From the NCBI GenBank assembly GCA_964016885.1, contig OZ024747.1, positions 86,986,001 through 87,050,000 on the forward strand: a stretch of DNA of 64,000 nt, given 5' to 3'. The translations under genes were made by a program, and so were the position numbers. The notes under the pieces were generated by a model, which saw only the letters and a program-made list of their open reading frames with translations, made no database searches and had not been told where the DNA came from. The DNA is from Eledone cirrhosa. Its lineage: Eukaryota. Positions within the stretch are counted from its first letter, which is position 1. Each line of letters starts with the position of its first letter. Shown piece after piece: positions 1 through 12,368 of the stretch.

Positions 1-141
1 CAGGAAAGTAATATTTCATTTGTCAACTGATGATTATTGGTGAGTGAGCCTTAATAAATCAGTCGGATAGTCTTTTTGTCAGGTGCCGTTTAGAATGTGA
101 CAGGCTCACTTACTTTAATTTCAGCAAACAGAGGGAGATAA

Positions 142-186
142 AGCTGACAAGGCCTTGTTTCGCATTTATTGATGCTTATCAAAGCC
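142..186 (-). ncRNA. Type I hammerhead ribozyme, U3-A8 core variant
   Basis: Minus strand: ggct TTGATAA gcat-caataa-atgc GAA acaagg-ccttgt C agct; stems I, II and III all pair; GUC site. Confidence 0.65.
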
Positions 187-456
187 AACTACTGTTTGCT
201 GAAATTAAAGTAAGTGATTCTATCACTACTCTAAAACAATAACATAAGGTCTTCGAAATGCTTTTAATTAAGCATACAATGTATTGCAAAATACACTGTA
301 TATACATTCATATATATATAGCTATTTCAGAGCACCAATTCTAATTTTCAATTTCTGCTTGACCGGCAACCGCTCTGTATAATCAGTTCCTGATTATTTA
401 CTAGAATTCTATCAGAAACAAACATCCACGATTTCAGCAGACAGGGGGAGTAGTTT

Positions 457-500
457 ACTTTGATAAGCACCAATAAATGCGAAACAAGGCCTTGTCAGCT
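457..500 (+). ncRNA. Second copy of the U3-A8 hammerhead, opposite orientation, weaker stem I
   Basis: act TTGATAA gca-ccaataaa-tgc GAA acaagg-ccttgt C agct. Confidence 0.5.
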
Positions 501-630
501 TTATCTCCCCCTGTTTGCTGAAATTAAAGTAAGTGAGTCTGTCACTACTCTAAAACAATAGCATAAGGTCTTAGAAATGCTTTTAATTAAGCATACAGTG
601 TATTGAAAAATGCACTATATATATACATTC

Positions 631-703
<73 letters not shown>

Positions 704-755
704 AAAATATTAAGAGAGTAAAACAAAGAATCCTTTAATACATCAAAAGTTTTTA

Positions 756-800
756 TTAGCCGACAATGTTTCGTCCTATTAAGGACTCATCAGGGCAATC
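756..800 (-). ncRNA. Minimal type I hammerhead ribozyme at the 3' end of the Penelope-like element
   Basis: Minus strand: attgcc CTGATGA gtcct-taat-aggac GAA aca-t-tgt C ggctaat; canonical core, GUC site, sense to the PLE ORF. Confidence 0.9.
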
Positions 801-887
801 AAAAATATATATATATATATTTATATTAGAAAGTGAGGTTTTTTTTACAAAATGAAAAATAACCGAGGTGTCCTACACGAGTGGAAG

Positions 888-1257
888 TATAAAGAAAAAG
901 GGATGAAATCGAAAATGCAACTGAAGTCTTATTTTTTTTTTAAATATATATATTTATTTGGTTCCTTTACCGGTTTCGCAGTTCTTCTGCTTTTCAAAAG
1001 GTGAGTTGAGATGGAGGGTCTGTGGTTTTTCTCACATCTGGTTGGTCTCTAAATGTTACTTGTTTTATATGGAAAACCTGGCTCGAAAACCAGGTTTTTC
1101 GAGAAGTAATTTGATTGGTTTGTCAATAATTATAATAAATTTCGCGCCAGTTCGCGTTACAATAGTTCTTCAAATAAGAGAGGGGGGTTGTCACAGGTTG
1201 TTTTTTCATATATGAGTGTTTGAATTTCTTTTTACTTGAAAAAATGAGGCTCACGAA
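888..1257. repeat. Pseudo-LTR segment (3' copy)
   Basis: Near-identical reverse complement of 5146-5522; gives the twin spurious ORFs 958-1215(+) and 5188-5451(-). Confidence 0.95.
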
Positions 1258-1509
1258 GGCTTTTTTTGGTTGGTTATAAATGAAATTTGGCTGTCACGTG
1301 AACAAGTTTTCATTACATTTTTGCGCCCTTATTTGGAAAACTATTCTGTAGTCTCTATAGTGAATGTTATGACAATGGAGAGATAGTGGTCAAGGGAAAA
1401 GGGATTGGGAGAAATGTTCTGGTTCAGTGAATATGGCCAGCTGTCAGAGTTCAGGTGTCAGAGTTCAGATTTTCTATTGAGACTGAAGATATGTGTTTAT
1501 TTGTGTGCT

Positions 1510-1546
<37 letters not shown>

Positions 1547-1804
1547 ATGTGTGTATTGGAAGATGATTCTATTAGTAGAGATGGGGGGGGGGGTTGTGTG
1601 TGTGTGCATATGGGTGTTATGTGTGTGTGTGCGAGTATGTTAGATACAGAGAATATATATTTTTTGTGTGTGTGTATATATATATGTGTGTAGGAAAGTG
1701 GTTCTATTAGTAGAAATGGGGAGGGTGTTGTAGGTGTGGGGGTTTTTATGTGTGTGTATGGGTGTTATGTGTGTGGGAGTATGGTTAGCATGTTAAGATG
1801 AAGA

Positions 1805-1842
<38 letters not shown>

Positions 1843-2047
1843 TGTGTGTGTATGTGTGTGTGTAGGAAAATGATTCCTTTAGTAGGAATATTTTTGAATG
1901 AACATATTTTCCTGACTTTTTCGTGTTTGCTGTTGTATTGCCAGTGCAAACGTATGTTTAAGGTTTATTTAGTTCGGGTTTTTATTTTCTAAAGTAGGTG
2001 TTATGTGTGTGTGTGTATGTCATATTGTGGTGTTGACATAATGTATA

Positions 2048-4318
2048 TTAAACCTTATTTAATGTTGGTCTATATTTTTGAATAAACATATTTTCCTTAT
2101 TTATTCGCATTTGTTCTGTTGTATTGTTAGCGCAAAGGTAAAATGGGAAGACTTGGAATTTGGGTGTCTTATTACTTGCGCAAATGTCTAGATGTGCACT
2201 TAGTGGTATTTGTCTCGTGGTTGGATCTCGTAATTGTTGGCGATGAACTGTCATTCTGTTTCTGAGTGTGAGTTTAGTTTGTCCTATATAATCTTCATTG
2301 CATCCTTTACATTTAATGGCATAAATTAGATTTTTTGATGAGCAAGTGAAGTGATTTTTTACAGTAAAATTTTGTCCTGATTTAAATGTATACGTGATGC
2401 CTTCAATGAGGTGAGTGCAGGTTCCACAATTAGAGCGACCACATTTTTTGATACTTGGTTGTGGGTTTGTGGTAGGTAATTTGGCATTGGTGAGTAATGT
2501 TTTCAGTGATTTTGGTTGTCTTTTGCTTTTGATTATTTTGTGTGTTTCAAGGGCTTTTTTCATTCTTGGGTTTTGTTTTAGTAGTGGGATGTTATTGTGA
2601 ATAGTGTTGTAAGCTTCCGCATTTCTTGGGTTGTGTGTTGAGATATATGATAGAATATTGGACGTACCTTGAATTTGTTTCTGTTTCCGTAATTCATCAA
2701 TGCCTATTGCTTTAGCCCTTTCTATTCCATTATTTATTAGTAATAGTGGGTACTCTCTCTCAAGTAGAATTTCCTTTAATTCTTGAAGTCTTTTATTTCG
2801 CGTTTCATAATTGGAGACAATTGTGCAAATTCTTCTTGCTAGGTTAAAAGGAATGTTCGTCTTCGTGTGCTTTGGATGGTTGGAGGTGAATAGCAGATAT
2901 TGTTTGGAATCTGTTGGTTTGTAGTGTATGTCAGTTTCGATATTTGTGTCTTTTTTTGTGATTAAGATGTCCAGAAATGGGAGTTGATCTTGGCTGTATT
3001 CCATTGTGAATTGGATGTGGTTATTGATGCCGTTTATTAAGTTTTTGAAATCCTTCAGTTGGTCGAGTGTGTGGGACCAAAGAATGAGGCAATCATCCAA
3101 GTAGCGTTTCCAATTCTCTGATAAATATTTGTGGAAGTTCAATCCGTATTTTGATTTGGACTGTTCATATATCTGGACTTCTAAGTATGCCATGACTAAG
3201 TTGGCATAAGTTGGAGCGGCTTTTGTGCCCATCGCAGTCCCCGATATTTGCTTGTAAGTATTGCCATCGAAATCAAAAAAGTTGTTCTGTAGGATGAATT
3301 TTAATCCCTCGGTGATGAAGCTTTTTTCTATTCTGTCAGGTATCTCATTGGGATATTTCTCTAGCCAGAATCCTATTGCTTCTAGTCCGTATTGGTGTGG
3401 GATCGTTGTGTAGAGATTCACTACATCGAAAGACACAATAATAGTGTCGTTGTTGACATGTTTGGGGAGGTGGTTTAAGAGGTCCAGATCGTCTCTTACA
3501 AGGCTTGGTATGTGTTTCAGTATTGGTTTCAGTAGTATGTCTATAAAGTTGCTCAATCTGTGTGTTTCACATTGTGGGCCCGCTACAATTGGTCTTAATT
3601 TAAGGTCTGTGGGGTATTGTGTGTTCACGCAGGCTGAGGTGGATTGTTTACAGGCATCGTTGATTATTTTACATTTGTGGATCTTCGGAAGTCCGTAAAG
3701 GTTGCTGGTTTTGTATTCAAAATTTGTTAAATAATCGCGTTCCTTTTTAGTTAGGTCTTCCTGGTATCGATAAATCAGTGTGTTTAATTTGGTCATTATT
3801 TTTGATTGCTGGTAGTTTTTTACTCTTTCATAGTAATTAGCATTTTGTAAGAGAGAGAACATAGAATTTTTATATTTTTCAGCCTCCATAATGACAACAG
3901 TACTTCCCTTGTCCGCTTCCTTAATTACAATGTCCGGATTGTTTTTTAGTTCATGGATAATCTCCCATTCCCTTCGACTTGTGTTGGGTTTGGGTTTAGG
4001 TTGCGGTAGTTCATGGTATGGGAAGGTAGCTATGTGGTCACAAAATTTGTCCAGAACTCTGTTTCTACCTTTTGTTGGGTTGTAGCTGCTTTTATTCCGT
4101 ACAATTGATTCGTCGTTATTCTCCTTGTCAAAGAATTCCTCTGTGAGACGTAATTTTCTACAGAAGTGTGAGATATCGTCATTTATCTCGTTGGGGTTAG
4201 GATATTGTGGTGTTGGTGTGAATTTCAGACCTTTGGAGAGAATTTTTACTTGTTGGGCTGAGAGGTTTGTATTTGAAATGTTAATTATTTTCGGTTTTTC
4301 AAAATCGGTTTGTGCCAC
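2048..4318 (-). CDS. PLE reverse transcriptase + C-terminal GIY-YIG endonuclease (ORF2), uninterrupted
   Basis: LSKGLKF, ADKG, YGLPKIHK, LRPIV, SFDVVNLYT, GTAMGT, RYLDD, LPFLD, HP motifs; Cys linker CGRSNCGTC; NLIYAIKCKGCNEDYIGQT...RMTVH. The listed start is GTG, not ATG. Confidence 0.95.
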   Translation of the reverse strand: MAQTDFEKPKIINISNTNLSAQQVKILSKGLKFTPTPQYPNPNEINDDISHFCRKLRLTEEFFDKENNDESIVRNKSSYNPTKGRNRVLDKFCDHIATFPYHELPQPKPKPNTSRREWEIIHELKNNPDIVIKEADKGSTVVIMEAEKYKNSMFSLLQNANYYERVKNYQQSKIMTKLNTLIYRYQEDLTKKERDYLTNFEYKTSNLYGLPKIHKCKIINDACKQSTSACVNTQYPTDLKLRPIVAGPQCETHRLSNFIDILLKPILKHIPSLVRDDLDLLNHLPKHVNNDTIIVSFDVVNLYTTIPHQYGLEAIGFWLEKYPNEIPDRIEKSFITEGLKFILQNNFFDFDGNTYKQISGTAMGTKAAPTYANLVMAYLEVQIYEQSKSKYGLNFHKYLSENWKRYLDDCLILWSHTLDQLKDFKNLINGINNHIQFTMEYSQDQLPFLDILITKKDTNIETDIHYKPTDSKQYLLFTSNHPKHTKTNIPFNLARRICTIVSNYETRNKRLQELKEILLEREYPLLLINNGIERAKAIGIDELRKQKQIQGTSNILSYISTHNPRNAEAYNTIHNNIPLLKQNPRMKKALETHKIIKSKRQPKSLKTLLTNAKLPTTNPQPSIKKCGRSNCGTCTHLIEGITYTFKSGQNFTVKNHFTCSSKNLIYAIKCKGCNEDYIGQTKLTLRNRMTVHRQQLRDPTTRQIPLSAHLDICASNKTPKFQVFPFYLCANNTTEQMRINKENMFIQKYRPTLNKV

Positions 4319-5145
4319 CGGGTGTCGTGAGTCCTGTAGCCTTGGTCTAAAAAATGATTTTTCTGGAATGTTTTTTCATTGGTATTATTATATCTAATGG
4401 TATTTCCCCTGTTGTTGTGTGGTCTTGTATAGAAGTTTCGGACGTATTGAGGTTCGGTTTGTTGATAGTCCGGATTGTAGATTTGGTTCCTTTGTGTGGG
4501 TTGGGATCTATGGTTTTGGAACAGGCTCTGTGTGGGCAGGGGTCTACGGTTTTGGAATAGGTTTTGTGTGGGTTGTGATCTGCGGATCAGGTCCTGCCTT
4601 GTGTTCGGGGATCTTTGGTTTTTGTTAGTAGGGTTATAGTTTTGTCTATGGTTTCTGGGATTATCGTTATAGTTTTGCTGGGGGTATGTTGGACGTTTTG
4701 TTACTTTTTTTGTTATTTGTTGTGCATGTGGTGTGTGAGTTTTAGTTTGTTTTAAAAATGGGTTACCTGTATGTTGTTCATTTTTGAAGTCCATTTCGTA
4801 GTTGTTGAACCAGGTGGCGTTTTTTTCCCATCGCTGGAGGGATGTGAGTTCTTCATCCTCACAGTTTTCTTTCCAAAGTTTTAGGGGTTTTTTGTAGAGT
4901 AGGCCTTCAGAGTGCTTTGAGATTTCTGTGTCCATCTGTTGGTCGAGTGACTTGAATTTTTCTTCGTTGGAGTTGGCTCTTAATCGCAACAGTTCTATTT
5001 CTGTTTTAAATTTTTCCAATGCCATCTTTTCCCTAAGTCTTTGTTGGTTTTCTGGTTCATTCGGGATGGGTTTTATTTGGAGTTTTTTGGGGAGGATGAT
5101 TGGGGTAGAGTTGATTCGTGAGATGATTCGTGATGATAGAGATGA
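4285..5145 (-). CDS. Upstream ORF1 of the PLE (charged helical/coiled-coil-like N-part, N/Q/R-rich C-part), open up to the truncation junction
   Basis: ORF 4285-5025 stays open upstream (...PIILPKKLQIKPIPNEPENQQRLREK-MALEK) to the inverted-repeat boundary; overlaps ORF2 in the -1 frame. Confidence 0.7.
   Translation of the reverse strand, partial: SSLSSRIISRINSTPIILPKKLQIKPIPNEPENQQRLREKMALEKFKTEIELLRLRANSNEEKFKSLDQQMDTEISKHSEGLLYKKPLKLWKENCEDEELTSLQRWEKNATWFNNYEMDFKNEQHTGNPFLKQTKTHTPHAQQITKKVTKRPTYPQQNYNDNPRNHRQNYNPTNKNQRSPNTRQDLIRRSQPTQNLFQNRRPLPTQSLFQNHRSQPTQRNQIYNPDYQQTEPQYVRNFYTRPHNNRGNTIRYNNTNEKTFQKNHFLDQGYRTHDTRWHKPILKNRK
4348..4354 (-). other. Candidate -1 ribosomal frameshift slippery heptamer T TTT TTA
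   Basis: ORF1 codons CAT TTT TTA; ORF2 is in the -1 frame and open across this site. Confidence 0.6.
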
Positions 5146-5522
5146 TTCGTGAGCCTCATTTTTTCAAGTAAAAAGAAATTCAAACACTCATATATGAAAA
5201 AACAACCTGTGACAACCCCCCCCCCCCTCTCTTATTTGAAGAACTATTGTAACGCGAAGTGGCGCGAAATTTATTATAATTATTGACAAACCAATCAAAT
5301 TACTTCTCGAAAAACCTGGTTTTCGAGCCAGGTTTTCCATATAAAACAAGTAACATTTAGAGACCAACCAGATGTGAGAAAAACCACAGACCCTCCATCT
5401 CAACTCACCTTTTGAAAAGCAGAAGAACTGCGAAACCGGTAAAGGAACCAAATAAATATATATATTTTTTTTAAAAAATAAGACTTCAGTTGCATTTTCG
5501 ATTTCATCCCTTTTTCTTTATA
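5146..5522. repeat. Inverted pseudo-LTR copy at the 5' truncation point
   Basis: Reverse complement of 888-1257; ends in (TA)n. Confidence 0.95.
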
Positions 5523-5796
5523 TATTTATATATATATAAATATATATATATAAAACTATATATATGTGTATATATATTTATATATATAAATATATACATA
5601 TATATTTATAAATATATAAATATATATATATATATAAAAATATATATAGATTTTGAGTTTATGTTGGTTGTATACCAACACCTCAGTATGCAGGCTGGAG
5701 CACTCGACGAAGTGCGCAGGTTGGTTTGGTTACTCCGGAGTAGTGTAAAATAAAGTTAAATAAAAGTCAAATGATTAAAATTTAGCTTCGTTTATT

Positions 5797-5851
5797 ACTG
5801 CTATATATATTTCAGTGACAGCCATCTTTGGCTGTGACCTCTTCAGGCAGT
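5797..5851 (-). ncRNA. Type I hammerhead ribozyme
   Basis: actgc CTGAAGA ggtcacagcc-aaagat-ggctgtcact GAA atat-atat A gcagt; lies in a TA-flanked module at ~5650-6190. Confidence 0.8.
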
Positions 5852-6232
5852 TTGAATTAGTATGGTATAGACAAGTACATATGTTGTTTAGGTGTATGAT
5901 ATTGTCAATACTCTGATATGCCCAGTTCCTTGTTGGGTTGTTAATTCACTGGGGAACTGGAGTCACATGTACATACATAATTCCTACATATACATACATA
6001 TATGTACCCTCAACAAATAGGTAGATAACTTAACTTGGTGTCCTTGAAATATGTATAATGAAATAAATATGGTTTTATAAATATAGTTTCCATTTGTTAA
6101 TATCGTTTTTACTCCAAATATTTTGAGTGCTTTATATCAGTTATAAAAATATTTGCTTGTTGTATCCCAACAATTTAAATAGAACTTTTACATATATATA
6201 TATATAAATATATACATATATATTTATATATT

Positions 6233-6287
<55 letters not shown>

Positions 6288-6399
6288 TTAAATATATATA
6301 TATATATGTATACGTAGGTCCCGGGTTGAGTCGGGGATAACAACAGTAAGTAAGGTACTCAATACATGGCAGAGTAAAATTTTTTTATTTTATAGAAGG

Positions 6400-6450
6400 A
6401 GCTTCTACAGGACTAGTACTGTTTCATTCAGATGAAATCTTCAGGAAGCT
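6400..6450 (-). ncRNA. Type I hammerhead ribozyme
   Basis: agcttc CTGAAGA tttca-tc-tgaat GAA acag-tactagtc-ctgt A gaagct; 6-bp stem I, GUA site. Confidence 0.8.
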
Positions 6451-6689
6451 GGGTGTCATATTAAGTTCTGGTATTTATACATTTAGGTAGTGGTAAGGGG
6501 GTGGATTGGGGGGGTTTGGGGGGGAATGGTATTTAGATACATAGGACCACTTCATGGCACAGGCCGTTTTTTCTTTGGGGAGTGGTCAATTAGCCAGAGT
6601 GCTTTTTGAAATAAATAAATAAGTCAATAAATAAATAAATGAATAAATAAATAGATAAATGAATAAATAAATAAAATAAATAAAAGATC

Positions 6690-7666
6690 CCACTGGATCA
6701 ACAAAAAATCTGAGATCCCCTTCGACGTTAGCATGGGTGCTATCGACTCAGCTGAGATTAGTGACCTTGTGGGTCTGTTCATCCTCCACAGGTTGAAGAC
6801 CCTCTTCGCAGGCCTCTCCGGCGGTCTCTACCGAGATGACGGCCTCTTTGCCCCCCACAAAATCAACCCCAGGACCACGGATGGGTTCAGGAAAAACTTT
6901 TACACCTTCTTTAAAAACTTAGGCCTTAGGATTACCTTAGATTCGAACTTAACTAAAGCTAACTTCCTAGACGTTACCCCGACTTAGAAACTTCCCTTTA
7001 CTACCCGTACCACAAACCTAATGAATCCCTTAGATATATAGACGTTAATTCTAACCACCCCAAAAATATATTAGACAACCTAGTAAAAAGTGTCTCCATT
7101 AGGATATCTAGCCTCGCCGCCAATGAAGATATCTTTAGAGCAGCAGCCCCCTATTACAACGAGGCCCTGGCCCGCAGCGGCTTTAGAGATAAGATCACCT
7201 ACCTAACTATAGCCCCACGCCCACCCAGGAAGAATAGGCGAAGGCACATTAGCTTAATAAGAATACCATTAGACTCTCTTACTCTACCACACCTAATCTA
7301 GCTAGAAACTTAGCCAACAACAACATCAAGAAGCTAAATAAGTCTACTTTTTCCGAAGCCCATCCAGCAACCGATAGCAACTGCAATTGCCCTGATAAGA
7401 CGACCTGCCCTCTCAACAACAACTGTCTAAAAAAAGATCTCGTGTATACATGCGATGTACTCTCAGGCCCCGATGAAAAAAGAAACTCGTACATCGGGAT
7501 GACTTCTAATAGTTTTAAGACTCGCTGGTAAGCCCACACACATTCGTTCCGGCGCCCAGACAAATCTAACCAGACTACACTCGCCGCCCACATCTGGCAC
7601 CTAAAAAGGAACTCCATCCCCTTCAAGACCCAATGGAGACTACTCCAGAGAGCGCGATCATACACG
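6690..7666 (+). pseudogene. Degenerate second PLE lineage (YRDD-type RT, GIY-YIG), with frameshift and stops
   Basis: FDVSMGAIDSAEISDLVG, GLYRDDGL, NFLDVT, then CNCPDKTTCPLNNNC..LVYTC..YIGMT..FKTRW*AHTHSF; preceded by an inverted HHR-bearing end (6310-6600). Confidence 0.85.
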
Positions 7667-8340
7667 GGCTGGATCTTGAGGACTTTCCTTACAAGAGATC
7701 GAGACACCATGTTGACACTGTGGAGGACTTTTGTCCTAAGCCACCTGGACTACTACTCCCAGCTGTGGTCACCCCATAGTGTCAAACTAACCACGGAGCT
7801 TGAGGCAATCCAGCGAAGCTACACCAAGAGGATTGCCAAGATGAGGGAGACAAGCTACTGGGAGAGGCTAAAGGAACTGAACCTCTATTCCTTGGAGCGA
7901 AGACGGGAGAGATACGCAGTGATCTACATGTGGAAAATCCTGGAGGGACTAGCACCAAACTTTGGCATTGGGAGCTGGACCAACCGTCGAACAGAACGTC
8001 ACTGTGTGGTGCCAAAGGTCCCGTCTTCCAAATCTAGAATAAGGAGCAGGTATTGCAATAGCCTGGGATTCAAGGGCCCTCAACTCTTCAACAGGCTGCC
8101 GAGGCATCTGAGAGACTTGCATGACGTGGAGGTGGATGTCTTTAAGAAACATCTAGACACCTTGTTATCCAGGATCCCGGATGAGCCCACAGCAAGACAC
8201 GAGGGAAACCTAAGGGCAGCAGCAACAAACTCCCTCCTACACCAGTGGCCAACCTATACAGGCTGGAGATAAAATGTGTAGCAACAAGGGCGGTGCCCCA
8301 GCATGGCCTCAGCCGGATGGCTGAAACAGGTAAAAGAGTA

Positions 8341-8343
<3 letters not shown>
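7667..8343 (+). mobile_element. 3' end of a CR1/L2-group LINE
   Basis: GWILRTF..HLDYYSQLWSP..LEAIQRSYTK..SYWERLKELNLYSLERRRERY; 3' tail ggtgccccagcatggcc...ctgaaacaggtaaaagagtaaaa. Confidence 0.85.
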
Positions 8344-10010
<1,667 letters not shown>

Positions 10011-10142
10011 ACGAATCAGTTTAGCCGACGTTTATTATAACGCAGCTTTGTTCGCTTGTTTGTCAACAAACCGAACAGCCTGAATTTATGCCATACGGTG
10101 TTAAGGCAACCACGTCACCTTTTTGTTCAACACTGACACAGG

Positions 10143-10187
10143 AACGATGTACTAGTTTCAAGCTTGTTAGCTATCATCAGCACCGTT
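10143..10187 (-). ncRNA. Minimal type I hammerhead ribozyme
   Basis: aacggtg CTGATGA tagct-aaca-agctt GAA act-agt A catcgtt; 7-bp stem I, palindromic stem III. Confidence 0.85.
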
Positions 10188-10249
10188 TACCCATCTGCCA
10201 GATAGTTGAACGTTCGAAAGTATATACTTTCCTTATGAAAATTAACGGG

Positions 10250-12105
10250 AGCAAGAAAACCCAAGTAATGTGCAAGTTTTTCAGGAACGGGATCTGCTGG
10301 CATGGAGAGACAGGGATCGGCTGCAGATTCGCCCACCCCAGGTCCCAAACGAACTATGCCCATCCTACTCGCGCAACATGCCCCAGCCAAAGCCGAAACA
10401 AGCCGCTCCAGATGTATGCTGATGTCGTGCGTGCCGCGCCAACAAGGAGAAAGCACGCACATGCCGACGAGATACAGATGACAGCAGCAGAGCAGAATAT
10501 TTTTTTAGTGATGGCAGAGAATATTGGGGAACAGCTGGCCTGGATGCATCATTTCCAGATCCAGGGTTACTCACACCAGCACTCGAGAAAACCACAGCTA
10601 AGGGACACAGAGTGGCCGCCGCTGACACCAAACCAGGTGTCATACCGACAGCAATTACTGGCACCCCAAAAGTCACATCAGTGCTGCTGCTGAATGTCAG
10701 AGGCCTGGTGAAACTCAGTAACATGAGTAAAATTGTCTTCCTGCGAGACTTAGCCATAAGCAATCAAGCATTATGCATGGGACTAACCGAAACGCACCTG
10801 ACAAGCAGTATAGCAGATGCAGAAATACATATACCGAAATATACTGCATTTCGTTCGGACAGGAAGGAGAGAACTCATGGTGGAGTTGCTCTGTATATCC
10901 GTGAAGATGTCACACTAATTGTACTGTTGACACATTCAAACTCAGTCTGTGACACACTGATAGTACATATGAAGCAACTACAGACAGTAATATGTGTCAC
11001 ATATCGGCCGCCCGATGCCCCCAGTCATGAGGGTAAATTTGAGGATAGCCTCAGTAGGATAGAAGAGGTCCTTGACAAACTGGATCAGGGTCTCAACATT
11101 CTACTGCTGGGAGACTTCAACCTGTCAAAGGTCAAATGGCCTGAGGGCCACCTCCTCCTCGGAATGACATCAATAGAACAGAGACAGACGGAATCCCTGC
11201 TGGCCCTCACACACAGGCTGTTCATGGAACAAGCAATACTCCTCTCAACAAGAGGCGAAAATGTCCTGGACCTCTGTTTTACAAACAACGAAGTGCTCGT
11301 CCACAATGTAAAGGTGACACCAACAATTTTCTCGGATCATAACTTAGTAGAACTAATGATATGTGGTCCGAGAGAACCAACAGAGACAAAACCACCAAGA
11401 AGCTCCGGGACGCTATCCAGCCTTAATTTCTACAAGGCTAACTGTAAAAAGATCAAGAGAGAAATCGGGAAGCAAACATGGAGCGAAAACACCGCCACAC
11501 AAGACAACAACACACAATTTCAACACTTCATGACAACGATACACACTATATGCAAAAGGCAAACAGACACAAAAATCTTATTCCCATAGATAGGAAAATC
11601 CTTATGAGACGTAGAACCAAGCTCCCAAACCAGTTGAATGCACAACAAGAAAACAAAAACAAGAAGGAATCCTATTTGAAACGTGCACTACTTGGCACCG
11701 AGATTGCACTCAAACTTTACCATGAAAATGAGAGGGCAAAGAAAGAAAGCACGGCCATAGAAAACATTAAAACAAACCCTATGGCCTTCTTTAAATTTGC
11801 AAAAGAAACTGCCTCGGTACACTGCAAGATTGGGCCACTCTTCCATACAGACGGTTCATTAACCGAGAATCCCCAAGAGATATGTGAAATACTGAACGAA
11901 CAGTACAAAAGTGTGTTCACATGTCCACTAAGGCACATGCAAATAACAAAGCCAGAGGAGTTCTTTGATGCCACAACACTACAAGAAGAAATGGCGACCA
12001 TCAACCACATAGACATAACGGAGGAGGATGTGGTATACGCCATAGATGAAATTAGAACAGACTCAACTGCTGGACCTGATGGATTCCCAGCAGTCCTCTT
12101 GAGAG
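10250..12105 (+). mobile_element. Internal fragment of a CR1/L2-group LINE: CCCH-like zinc finger in ORF1, APE endonuclease, start of RT; frameshifted
   Basis: CKFFRNGICWHGETGIGCRFAHP; LLNVRGL, LTETHL, RSDR..HGGVALYI, YRPP, GDFN, VLDL, SDHNLV; AGPDGFPAVLL. Confidence 0.88.
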
Positions 12106-12368
12106 TGAATGTAAACCTTGTCTTTTATCTGTGTATTATTGTGTATATTTCTAAAGATAGTTTTTTCAAAGAATCTCAATTCTTTAAAATCCCTTGACAA
12201 ATTACCTCTACCCATCCACAAAAATAACCACCTTCCTCAACCACCAGAAAACATATATTTACAACCGTTTTACAAGGCTTTCCTGGTGATTTCTTTCGAA
12301 TTAAACAGTTCTCTACTAGTGTATTGAGAACCTTACTTACTGTGCTTACCCCGATTGAACCCGAAACT

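Larger units (their letters stand above)
88..640. repeat. Two related units: inverted-repeat arms enclosing a hammerhead motif, then a shared ~130 bp tail ending in (TA)n
   Basis: 97-193 is the reverse complement of 449-545; 192-320 is a direct repeat of ~511-640; arms cacttactttaatttcagcaaacag / ctgtttgctgaaattaaagtaagtg. Confidence 0.85.
712..5522 (-). mobile_element. Penelope-like retroelement (Neptune-like), 5'-truncated, with inverted pseudo-LTR, flanked by (TA)n
   Basis: RT+GIY-YIG ORF, long CA-rich 3' UTR with HHR, ~370 bp inverted repeat (888-1257 vs 5146-5522), TA tracts on both sides. Confidence 0.92.

Noticed and set aside
958-1215. 85-aa ORF duplicated at 5188-5451
   Set aside because: By-product of the inverted pseudo-LTR; TTG start and no domain.
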